Part shown: one piece after another, positions 9,340 through 16,551 of the stretch
Layout: every line of letters starts with the position of its first letter
Position numbering within the stretch: position 1 is the stretch's first letter
From: an uncultured archaeon
Lineage (GTDB): Archaea > Iainarchaeota > Iainarchaeia > Iainarchaeales > CSSED10-239
Assembly (NCBI GenBank): GCA_964468895.1
Contig: CAYXWT010000004.1
Coordinates: 1 to 31,478, forward strand
Reading direction: 5' to 3'
Length of the DNA stretch: 31,478 nucleotides
Made by a program: the position numbers and the translations under genes
Notes under the pieces: model-generated
What the model was told of the DNA's origin: nothing
Database searches by the model: none
The model's input: the letters and a program-made list of their open reading frames with translations, nothing else

Positions 9340-9936
9340 GTGATTAATATTATTGAAATTTATTTAAAACATAATTTTGAGATGTTTTGTGGTTATATTA
9401 AAGGATTAATAATAAAGATAAATAATCCTAAAAGATATTTTTATCTTGAAACAATTAGAGGTAATTATAGATTATTAAATAGTAATAGAAAAAAGCTGTT
9501 AAATAAATTTAAACTTTTATTACAGGAACAGAATATTAGCTATTATTTAGTTATGTCTAGAATAAAGACTATTGGAAGTGTAGATAGAAAAGAAAGATAT
9601 AATAAAACTCAGAATACAAAGAATAATCATTATGATTCAATAGGTGTGAGAATTGTAACTTATAGTAAAAAAGATTGTTATAAAGTTATGAATCTATTAT
9701 TAAAGAATTTTAGATTGGAAAAAGAAAAAAATATTATTAACCCTGAAGATTTTTTTAAAAATAAAAAGTTAATGAGAAATACCACTAGTATTTCTAAGAA
9801 TCAAATTTTTATGAAAATAAATTATAATAGCTGTTCTGTTCATTTTATACTAATTCCAAAATATAATCTTAAATTTATTTCAAAAGAAAGACAAAAATAT
9901 ATTAATTATATAAATAATATTATTAATAAAACCTAA
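9340..9936 (+). CDS. divergent, probably truncated RelA/SpoT-like (small alarmone synthetase-fold) nucleotidyltransferase
   Basis: 'SRIKTIGSVDRKER' matches the RvKs.eSi.rK motif, 'YDSIGVRIVTYSKKDCYKVMNLL' matches D.xGxRii...dcY.v, and 'YNSCSVHFIL' matches GYrSlHliv. The downstream ExQxRT motif is absent. GTG start in the ORF track. Confidence 0.35.
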   Translation: MINIIEIYLKHNFEMFCGYIKGLIIKINNPKRYFYLETIRGNYRLLNSNRKKLLNKFKLLLQEQNISYYLVMSRIKTIGSVDRKERYNKTQNTKNNHYDSIGVRIVTYSKKDCYKVMNLLLKNFRLEKEKNIINPEDFFKNKKLMRNTTSISKNQIFMKINYNSCSVHFILIPKYNLKFISKERQKYINYINNIINKT

Positions 9937-10026
9937 TTTAGATTTAGTATTTAAATATTATTTTTAGAGATGTTATTTTGTAGAGTGTACTAAAAGTACT
10001 AATTATAAAATCATCTAAATTAAATG

Positions 10027-10040
10027 GTGATAATTATCAC
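10027..10040. promoter_or_regulatory. perfect 14-bp palindrome GTGATAATTATCAC
   Basis: Read directly from the sequence. Lies about 55 nt upstream of the GNAT pseudogene start. G/C-containing palindromes are rare in this background. Confidence 0.3.
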
Positions 10041-10095
10041 ATAAATTGAAATAAGTTAAGAGTGTATTTAAAATTATGTGTAATTTTAGATTTAT

Positions 10096-10443
10096 ATGAA
10101 TCTTAGAAAATTATTATTGAAAGACGTTAATATTCTAAAAGAATTATTTTTACAAGAAAAAGATCTTACAGATGTTGGTATAAATGTAACTTATGATAAG
10201 ATTTTATTGGAATATACTTACAATTGGTTAAAAGAAAGTGTAAAAATAGAATCTTAGATTGCAAATAAATATACTAGTAAAGGATATGGTACTTTAGTAA
10301 CAAAACTGATTATAAATAAAATTTCTAAATTATTTAATATTAATAAGATATTTGCTAATGTTTCAAAAAAGAATGTTGTTTCAATTAAAATTATAAAAGA
10401 AGATAATACTGATTTCTTTTTTAAAAAAACATTAAAATATTAA
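10096..10443 (+). pseudogene. GNAT-family N-acetyltransferase remnant with an in-frame TAG
   Basis: One frame reads 'MNLRKLLLKDVNILKELF...VKIES*IANKYTSKGYGTLVTKLI...'. 'NKYTSKGYGTLV' resembles GNAT motif A (Q/RxxGxG/A). TAG at 10255-10257. The total length is short for a GNAT. Confidence 0.45.
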
Positions 10444-10491
10444 AAATATAGTTTCAAGACCAGATGTCATATTAAGTATTGAAATAACCAA

Positions 10492-11415
10492 TTATTCTAT
10501 AAATTCATTAGTTAAACAATGACAGGAACCACCTGCAAACCTAAAATAAGTTAATGGAACTACAAATCTGGAAATATTTAATTTCTTTAATTCTTCTTCA
10601 ACATCAGCAGTTATAAATTCATGAGAATTTATTAAATATCCAGGAGAAACTATTCCATTTACTGAATAATTTCCTAAATCATTAATATCTCCTGAAGAAT
10701 CTATATTGTCAACATCTATAATTCTAACACCTAATTTTTTAAGATCTTCATAAGATGTTTTATCAACCATATTTTTTGCAACTAATAAAGCACATAATTC
10801 GTTTTCTTTATTAATAACTGGACAAAAAACAGTATCTAAATGAAAACCACTTGATTTTATAATTAAATAATTATCAGGTTTTATAATACTTTTTACAAAT
10901 TCATGACCTAACCTATTTGCTCTAGAAATGCCACCAAAATAATAAGATCCATTTTTGGTTTCAATATAATGAACTTCTCCAAATTCAATATAAGCATTTT
11001 CTGGAGGAGTTATTATTTCCTTATTAAATTTGTTTTTAATAGCTTCAGCAACAATATTTACTTCTTTAATTCTATCTTTGACACTAAAGTTAGCTTTAAT
11101 CCAATAATTTTTAAACATCATACCTCTATCTCTGATAAAAATAGCATCATGGTTTAAGTTTTTAATAGTGTTAAGTTCTTTCGGAAAATCTATAGTTTCT
11201 ATATCATATTCTGCAAGTTTTAATTTTTTCTTAAGATTGTTATGATCTTTAATAATAACATCCTGTTCTGGTATAATATTGTTTTCTTTAGCAAAAACTG
11301 TAGCGTTATTTATACTATCGTTATTCTCTCCTTTATGAACAACATATCCATTACACCAACAACCTTTAATATCTTTATTAGTTTTTGGAAGATTCATAAG
11401 TAATATTTTTTTCAT
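10492..11415 (-). CDS. guanidino-group-modifying enzyme superfamily protein (arginine deiminase / amidinotransferase / DDAH-like)
   Basis: 'GFHLDTVFCPV' (HLDT motif) and C-terminal 'FAGGSCHCLTNE' (catalytic Cys motif GGxxHC.T). Confidence 0.6.
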   Translation of the reverse strand: MKKILLMNLPKTNKDIKGCWCNGYVVHKGENNDSINNATVFAKENNIIPEQDVIIKDHNNLKKKLKLAEYDIETIDFPKELNTIKNLNHDAIFIRDRGMMFKNYWIKANFSVKDRIKEVNIVAEAIKNKFNKEIITPPENAYIEFGEVHYIETKNGSYYFGGISRANRLGHEFVKSIIKPDNYLIIKSSGFHLDTVFCPVINKENELCALLVAKNMVDKTSYEDLKKLGVRIIDVDNIDSSGDINDLGNYSVNGIVSPGYLINSHEFITADVEEELKKLNISRFVVPLTYFRFAGGSCHCLTNEFIE

Positions 11416-11514
11416 ATGATTACCTCTATTTGTTTGTATACATAAAAATTACATTTTCAAAAATAGGCTTAATCTAATTAACAAGTAAATTTATTTTTAA
11501 AAATTGATAATGAC

Positions 11515-11585
11515 AATTAGTATTTAGATTGTTTTTAGTAAGAATTTTATTTTGAATATAATATTTAAGTAAGTATAATGTTTTA
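11515..11585. repeat. about 70-nt dispersed direct repeat, copy 1
   Basis: 'aattagtatttagattgtttttagtaagaattttattttgaatataatatttaagtaagtataatg' aligns by eye with 11824-11895, with a handful of substitutions. Confidence 0.7.
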
Positions 11586-11598
11586 TACCTAACTATAG

Positions 11599-11811
11599 TC
11601 TTTTTATAGAATCTTCAAATCAATAAAGTATTGGGAGCCATTAGGAAATACAATTTTAGAATATATTAATTATATAGAATATAAGTTTGATGGTAGACTA
11701 GGTATTTTAAAACGAAAACATATTGACTGTGAAACTATTAACTATATAGGAAAAGAAGCTAATAATGTTGAACAAGAAATTATAAAAGTAGTTACTATTC
11801 TAAGTTTTTAA
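11599..11811 (+). pseudogene. start-less ORF remnant between the two 70-nt repeats
   Basis: Open frame '..YWEPLGNTILEYINYIEYKFDGRLGILKRKHIDCETINYIGKEANNVEQEIIKVVTILSF*' with no ATG/GTG start. No family recognised. Confidence 0.2.
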
Positions 11812-11823
11812 AATAAAAATTAT

Positions 11824-11895
11824 AATTAGTATTAAGATTGTTTTTAGTATGTATTTTATTTTGAATGTAATATTTAGGTGTGTATGACTTTTTTG
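11824..11895. repeat. about 70-nt dispersed direct repeat, copy 2
   Basis: 'aattagtattaagattgtttttagtatgtattttattttgaatgtaatatttaggtgtgtatgac', see copy 1. Offset is about 309 nt. Confidence 0.7.
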
Positions 11896-11998
11896 TATTT
11901 AATCATAATGTATTTTAATATAGTTTTTACAATTTAGTGGTTTTTTAATTTTTTTAGTTTAGATCTATTTTTTAAGAAATACACTTCATTATTAACCT

Positions 11999-12059
11999 GT
12001 CAATCTATTGACTGGTTTTATGGTCAAACCGGCTAACGGGTTGCCCGGTCCATATGTTT
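11999..12059 (+). promoter_or_regulatory. GC-enriched structured leader ending in the conserved 11-mer TCCATATGTTT, upstream of ATPase copy 1
   Basis: Palindrome gtcaat-ct-attgac (11999-12012), ggttt/aaacc stem (12014-12030), accgg/ccggt stem (12028-12049) and the 11-mer at 12049-12059. The same 11-mer sits at the same 38-nt distance from the ATG of ATPase copy 2. Confidence 0.4.
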
Positions 12060-13394
12060 AAATATATTTCTATTGCTATATTTCTTATGGATTATACTAA
12101 GATATTAAAAATTTGGAATCCCTGGTGGATTTCAAAGAAAGTAGATTTAAATAAATTTAAAATTGAACGAAATAAAACTAAAGAAATAATTAATTTTTTA
12201 AAAATTAGAGAAATTATAGTTTTAAAAGGTATAAGACGTTCAGGAAAATCAACTATTATTTATCAAATTATAAATTATCTTATAAATCAGAAAAAAATAA
12301 ATCCCAAAAACATCTTTTATTTTAATTTTGATCAACCTTTAAAAAGTAATGAATTAGAAGTTATGGATGATCTTTTAAATAATTATTTAGAAATTAATAA
12401 TCCAAAAGGAAAAATATATGTTTTTTTAGATGAAATTCAAAATGTAGAATTATGGGAAAGGTGGATTAAAAAAGAATATGATTTAAAAGAAAAAAGTATT
12501 AAATTTATTATAACTGGATCTAATAATTCTTTACTTTCAAATAAAATTTCTACTGCTTTAACTGGAAGAATTATTTCTATAAATATATATCCTTTATCTT
12601 TTTTAGAATATTTATTATTTAAGAATTATAAATATAAAGATCTTGATATAGATGAAAATAAAATAAAATTTCATTTTAATAAATTTTTGAAAAAAGGTGG
12701 ATTTCCAGAAGTAGTTTTAGAAAAAGATGATTATATTAATAAGAAAAGATTATTAGAATATTTTGAAAATATTATTTTAAGAGATATAATTACAATTAAA
12801 GATGTAAATGAAACTAAAAAATTAAAAGAACTTGCTCATTATCTAATTACAAATATTTCTTCACAAATAACTTATAGTAAATTAGGAAAAGTATTTGGTC
12901 TTAATAAAGCTACTGTAAAAGAATATGTTTCTTATATTGATCAATCTTTTTTAATTTTTGAGGTTAATTTTTATTCTTATTCTTTAAAAAAAAGTGTAAG
13001 TATACAAAAACCTAAAAAAATATATTGTATTGATAATGGTTTGAGAGAAGCTGTTTCTTTTAAATTTTGGGATGATAATTCAAAACTTATTGAAAATTTA
13101 GTTTTTGTAGATCTTTTAAGAAGAGGATTAGATGTTTATTATTGGTTTTCTAAAAATGAAATTGATTTTGTAGTTTCAAAAAATAATAGACTTATTTTGA
13201 TTAATGTATGTTATTCCAATGAAATTCCTGAAAGAGAAATTAAGGGTTTTAAAGAATTTGAAAAAGAATATAAGAACATAGATCAAAAAATAATAATTAC
13301 TAAAAATTTAGAAAAAGAAGAAGATGGTGTTTATTATATTCCTATATACAAATGGATTTTAAAAGATAATTTGTTATTTTATAAAGAGATTTAG
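12054..13394 (+). CDS. AAA+ ATPase, COG1373/DUF4143 family (AAA_14 plus DUF4143 plus C-terminal nuclease-like domain)
   Basis: Walker A 'GIRRSGKST' and Walker B 'VFLDEIQ'. 'GGFPE', 'RDI' and 'YCIDNG' blocks are shared with 26739-27998. The likely true start is the in-frame ATG at 12087 ('MDYTKILKIWNPWW'). Confidence 0.8.
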   Translation: MFKYISIAIFLMDYTKILKIWNPWWISKKVDLNKFKIERNKTKEIINFLKIREIIVLKGIRRSGKSTIIYQIINYLINQKKINPKNIFYFNFDQPLKSNELEVMDDLLNNYLEINNPKGKIYVFLDEIQNVELWERWIKKEYDLKEKSIKFIITGSNNSLLSNKISTALTGRIISINIYPLSFLEYLLFKNYKYKDLDIDENKIKFHFNKFLKKGGFPEVVLEKDDYINKKRLLEYFENIILRDIITIKDVNETKKLKELAHYLITNISSQITYSKLGKVFGLNKATVKEYVSYIDQSFLIFEVNFYSYSLKKSVSIQKPKKIYCIDNGLREAVSFKFWDDNSKLIENLVFVDLLRRGLDVYYWFSKNEIDFVVSKNNRLILINVCYSNEIPEREIKGFKEFEKEYKNIDQKIIITKNLEKEEDGVYYIPIYKWILKDNLLFYKEI

Positions 13395-13795
13395 CAACAA
13401 CAATAACTGCAGGAGCAAGACTATTTTTAACTATTGCTCAAACAATAGCCAAAAATGAAAAATGTCCTCATCATTATATGGATACAGATAGTATTTTTGT
13501 AGATACAAAAATATCTAGTAAAGTTATTGATTATTTTAAAAATCTAAGTCCTTATTCAAATAATATTCCTTTACTTAAAAAAGATAAAGAAAATGTTTAT
13601 TTTTATGTGATTTGTAGTAAAAGATATTGTCTTTATAGATTAGATAAAAATAAAAGAGATATTATTGATTATAAATTACATGGATTAGGTCATTTAATTA
13701 ATCCTTGGAAAAATAAAATAAAGAATTTGCAAATCCTTTCGTATATTAACAATAATATTATCGTCCATATTAATATTGTGGAGAGTAATTGTTAA
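13385..13795 (+). pseudogene. C-terminal remnant of a family-B DNA polymerase
   Basis: The frame opens at 13385, overlapping the ATPase stop. It reads 'ATTITAGARLFL..(18 aa)..HHYMDTDSIFV', i.e. the ITxxGR block followed by motif C YxDTDS. 'CSKRYCLY' sits at the KKRY/KxY motif position. The exonuclease domain and motifs A and B are missing. Confidence 0.6.
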
Positions 13796-13857
13796 AAAAA
13801 CTATTGTTTCTCTAAACCTTACAACAAAAAGAAGTTATATATAACCCAAAAATAGAA

Positions 13858-13930
13858 AGCCTCTAGTGGGATTTGAACCCACGACCTACAGTTTACAAGA
13901 CTGTTGCTCTAGCCACTGAGCTATAGAGGC
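13858..13930 (-). tRNA. tRNA-Thr (anticodon UGU), 73 nt, no encoded CCA
   Basis: Reverse complement folds as a cloverleaf: acceptor GCCTCTA/TAGAGGC, D-arm GCTC-AGTGGCTA-GAGC, anticodon arm ACAGT-CTTGTAA-ACTGT, variable AGGTC, T-arm GTGGG-TTCAAAT-CCCAC, discriminator T. Confidence 0.92.
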
Positions 13931-13977
13931 AAAGATTGTTTTTTTTATTAAAATTAGCTTTTAATAAGATATTTAAG

Positions 13978-14007
13978 TAGAGAAAACTTTAAAAATAAAT
14001 CTTTATT
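13978..14007. repeat. 30-nt perfect direct repeat, copy 1 (3' flank of K3)
   Basis: 'tagagaaaactttaaaaataaatctttatt' is identical to 14808-14837. Weaker similarity extends about 15 nt on each side. Confidence 0.85.
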
Positions 14008-14023
14008 TTTTATTTAATTTTAA

Positions 14024-14746
14024 TTAAGAAATATACCAAGGATCAATAATGTATATTTCTTTTGTTTTAGTATTATAAAGTAAGTTGTGAGGAAATAAAT
14101 CTTGTATATTTGTTGGACCAGTAACATTAGTATTTTTAGATTTTATATATTCTTGATTATTTAAACCTTTATCTATTATTGATTCTATTATTTCTCTTTT
14201 TCTTGAAATGCTAATACTTTCTTTTAGAGTTAGTTTGTTATTATCTGCTAATTCTTTAATTGTTTGAAGATTAGTAAAATCATATACTATATATGCTTTT
14301 TTTGATTTAATATTTAAATATGATAGATGAGCATCAATAATATTAATTCCTAAACTTTTTAGTATTTTTATGGCTTTCATTTCATAAAAACCATTTAAAT
14401 GAGCTTTAAGTTTGTTATCAAAAGTAGAACATTTACTATTAGGTGTTGGTTCTTCATTTATTTCTTTTACAAAATATTTTTTATTATTTTTATTAATTTT
14501 AATTATATACATTTCATTAGTGCTTGTTTTGATCTTATTACTTACTTTTTCTATTGTAAATCTACCTTTTGGGTCTTTATATTTGGGAAGTTTTTTTTTA
14601 TTCATTTCACGAAAAGCTTTAAGTAAACCTTTATTTTCTGAAAGTATTTTTCGTCCTTTTGGAGAGTAAGCTAGTTTATGATTTTCTGTTTCTAGGAACT
14701 TTGATTTTGTAATACTATATCTTTTCATATTTATATCTAAATACAA
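14024..14746 (-). CDS. family B paralog K3: atypical protein-kinase-like fold protein with the most canonical catalytic motifs
   Basis: 'KKYFVKEI' (VAIK-like Lys), 'YEMKAIKILKSLGINI' (alphaC-like), 'AYIVYDFTNLQTI' (hinge), 'DLFPHNLLY' (DxxxxN, about 14084-14101) and 'IYIIDPW' (metal-binding Asp, about 14042-14044). This arrangement resembles RIO/Bud32/APH/Kdo-kinase-type atypical kinases. Confidence 0.5.
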   Translation of the reverse strand: MYLDINMKRYSITKSKFLETENHKLAYSPKGRKILSENKGLLKAFREMNKKKLPKYKDPKGRFTIEKVSNKIKTSTNEMYIIKINKNNKKYFVKEINEEPTPNSKCSTFDNKLKAHLNGFYEMKAIKILKSLGINIIDAHLSYLNIKSKKAYIVYDFTNLQTIKELADNNKLTLKESISISRKREIIESIIDKGLNNQEYIKSKNTNVTGPTNIQDLFPHNLLYNTKTKEIYIIDPWYIS

Positions 14747-14807
14747 TCTTTTTTTAATTATTTGTGTGATTTTTGAGATTTTTATTTTAAAAATATTTTT
14801 AAGTTAT

Positions 14808-14837
14808 TAGAGAAAACTTTAAAAATAAATCTTTATT
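14808..14837. repeat. 30-nt perfect direct repeat, copy 2 (5' flank of K3)
   Basis: Identical to 13978-14007. Confidence 0.85.
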
Positions 14838-14967
14838 ATTTATTTTATTAATTGTGCCATAAAATTATAAATACTTAGAAAATCAAAATATTTAAAAAAG
14901 TAATTAGATATAATATACTTTGTTATATTTATGAATTAATAAAATAAATTTCTAATTTGTTTTTTAT

Positions 14968-15744
14968 ATGTTAATAAGAAAAAAAAATTTAAAAAAATTT
15001 GGGCAGAAAAGAGAAGTCAATGAATCTGTAAATTATATTTTAAGTAGTAAAAAAAAAGGATTTGAAAGTTGGGCTTATAAAGGAGATAGATATAGATATA
15101 AAGTTGTTTTTGAATTACAACTTAAAAAGAAGCCACTTAAATATTTGCTTGATAATAATATAAAAAACCCTGAAATTATGATGTTAGGGCCATCAACTGG
15201 AGAATATATTCTAGAATTTAAAAAAAGACTTTTAGAAAATAAAATTAAACCAATAATTGATTGCTTTTCTTTAAAAAATGAATTAAATAAAAATGTAGAA
15301 AAGGAAGTTAGATTAAATCTATTTGGTAAAGGAGCTTTTGAAAAATTAAATACAAAAGCAAATAATCTTGATTTAAAAGAAATTCAAAGAAATCTTATAG
15401 ATAAATATAATTTAATTATAGCACCAATGAGTATAGGTGTTCATACAAAGTATCCTATAAATGCTTTATTTACTTCTGCATTAATGCTTAGAAAAGGTGG
15501 TAAAGCATATGTTGAAATTCCTGCAATAGATAGAGATTATTTAGAGTATATGAAATCGCAAAAACAGTCACGAAGTAAATATGATAAACAGTTATTTTAT
15601 TCAAAATTACAAGCAACTAAAGTAGAAAAAATTTTTGATAGGTTTGTTAATTCTTATAACCCTAAATTAAAATTTAAATTAGAAGCTGTTGATACTTTTT
15701 ATCATGAAAAATATGTGTTTATAGAAATTACTAGAATACAATAA
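14968..15744 (+). CDS. family A paralog P1: Rossmann/SAM-methyltransferase-like protein
   Basis: 'LKKFGQKRE', 'FESWAYKGDRYRYK', 'IMMLGPSTGE', 'PIIDCFSL', 'YNLIIAPMSIGVHTKYPINALFTSALMLRKGGKAYVEI', 'NPKLKFKL' and terminal 'FIEITRIQ'. Confidence 0.55.
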   Translation: MLIRKKNLKKFGQKREVNESVNYILSSKKKGFESWAYKGDRYRYKVVFELQLKKKPLKYLLDNNIKNPEIMMLGPSTGEYILEFKKRLLENKIKPIIDCFSLKNELNKNVEKEVRLNLFGKGAFEKLNTKANNLDLKEIQRNLIDKYNLIIAPMSIGVHTKYPINALFTSALMLRKGGKAYVEIPAIDRDYLEYMKSQKQSRSKYDKQLFYSKLQATKVEKIFDRFVNSYNPKLKFKLEAVDTFYHEKYVFIEITRIQ

Positions 15745-15767
15745 ATTTAATTTTTTAATTATTTCAT

Positions 15768-16532
15768 TTGAGATTTATGCCTGTTACTAAAAAAATTGGA
15801 AAAAAAAGAACTGCAATTAAAAATTGTAATATTGTAAAAGCAAGTTCTAAAGAATCTTGGCCTTGTAATGGACAAATGGAAAGATTTAAAGAGATATTTT
15901 TTGTAAATTTATATAAAAAACCTTTAAATTTTTTACTAAAACTAAAAAAGCAGAATCCAAATGTTATGTTCCTTGGTTCTGGAAGAGGAGGAACTATTTC
16001 TGAATTTCTAAAATATACTTCTAAATTTAAAATAAAGCCATTAGTAGATACTTTTTCTTTAACTAAAAATCTATCTAAAAGTGTTTTGTCAAAAGTTAGA
16101 AAAGATTATTCAGCAAATATAGGTTTTGAAGAACTAAATACAAAAAACAGTAAATATAAGTTTTTAGAAAATAAATATGATCTTATAGTAGGTGCTATGA
16201 GTGTGGGATATCATACAAAGTATCCAGCAAATGCACTTTTTACTTCTGCGCTAATGTTAAAAAAAGGTGGAAAGGCATATATTGAAATAGATGATTTAAA
16301 ACAATTTTTACAATTAAATAAAACTCAATTTTTTAAGTTTCTTAAAAATTCTAATATTAATAAAGAAGAAAAATATTCTCAAAAACAGATTTTATTTTTA
16401 GAGAATGTATTTAATAGAATGGTAAATTCTTATGATTCTAAACTAGAATTTTCTTTTAACTTTATTAAATATAAAAATAAAATGTTTTCTAGTGTTGATT
16501 CTGTATTTGTAGAAATAGAAAGAATTAAATAA
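15768..16532 (+). CDS. family A paralog P2
   Basis: 'VMFLGSGRGGT', 'VDTFSLTK', 'YDLIVGAMSVGYHTKYPANALFTSALMLKKGGKAYIEI' and terminal 'FVEIERIK'. The probable start is ATG 15777 ('MPVTKK'); the ORF track uses TTG 15768. Confidence 0.55.
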   Translation: MRFMPVTKKIGKKRTAIKNCNIVKASSKESWPCNGQMERFKEIFFVNLYKKPLNFLLKLKKQNPNVMFLGSGRGGTISEFLKYTSKFKIKPLVDTFSLTKNLSKSVLSKVRKDYSANIGFEELNTKNSKYKFLENKYDLIVGAMSVGYHTKYPANALFTSALMLKKGGKAYIEIDDLKQFLQLNKTQFFKFLKNSNINKEEKYSQKQILFLENVFNRMVNSYDSKLEFSFNFIKYKNKMFSSVDSVFVEIERIK

Positions 16533-16551
16533 AGTCTGATTAATAATAAAT

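Noticed and set aside
10255-10257. Stop-codon recoding (TAG in the GNAT frame, TAA at 16987 in P3) as evidence of an alternative genetic code
   Set aside because: TAA terminates nearly all well-supported genes here and TAG terminates 293-961. All long ORFs are intact under the standard code, so isolated nonsense mutations are the simpler explanation.
10969-11157. 62-aa plus-strand ORF inside the arginine-deiminase-fold gene
   Set aside because: Antisense shadow ORF with Phe/Ile/Asn-rich composition typical of the complement of Lys/Asn/Ile-rich coding sequence.
12054-12086. ATG 12054 as the start of the first DUF4143 ATPase
   Set aside because: This ATG lies inside the conserved TCCATATGTTT element, which is noncoding in front of the second ATPase. 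The in-frame ATG at 12087 gives the same 38-nt spacing and a typical N-terminus. The ORF-track coordinates are kept in the feature, with this caveat.
13478-13795. ORF-track entry as an independent 105-aa gene starting 'MDTDSIFV'
   Set aside because: The Met is the middle of the PolB motif C (Y-M-DTDS) and the frame is open upstream to 13385 with the ITxxGR block. It is therefore a polymerase fragment, not a stand-alone gene.
14399-14669. Two overlapping plus-strand ORFs (75 and 85 aa) inside K3
   Set aside because: Both are antisense to K3, which has paralog support. Both are Phe/Ile/Leu-rich shadow frames.
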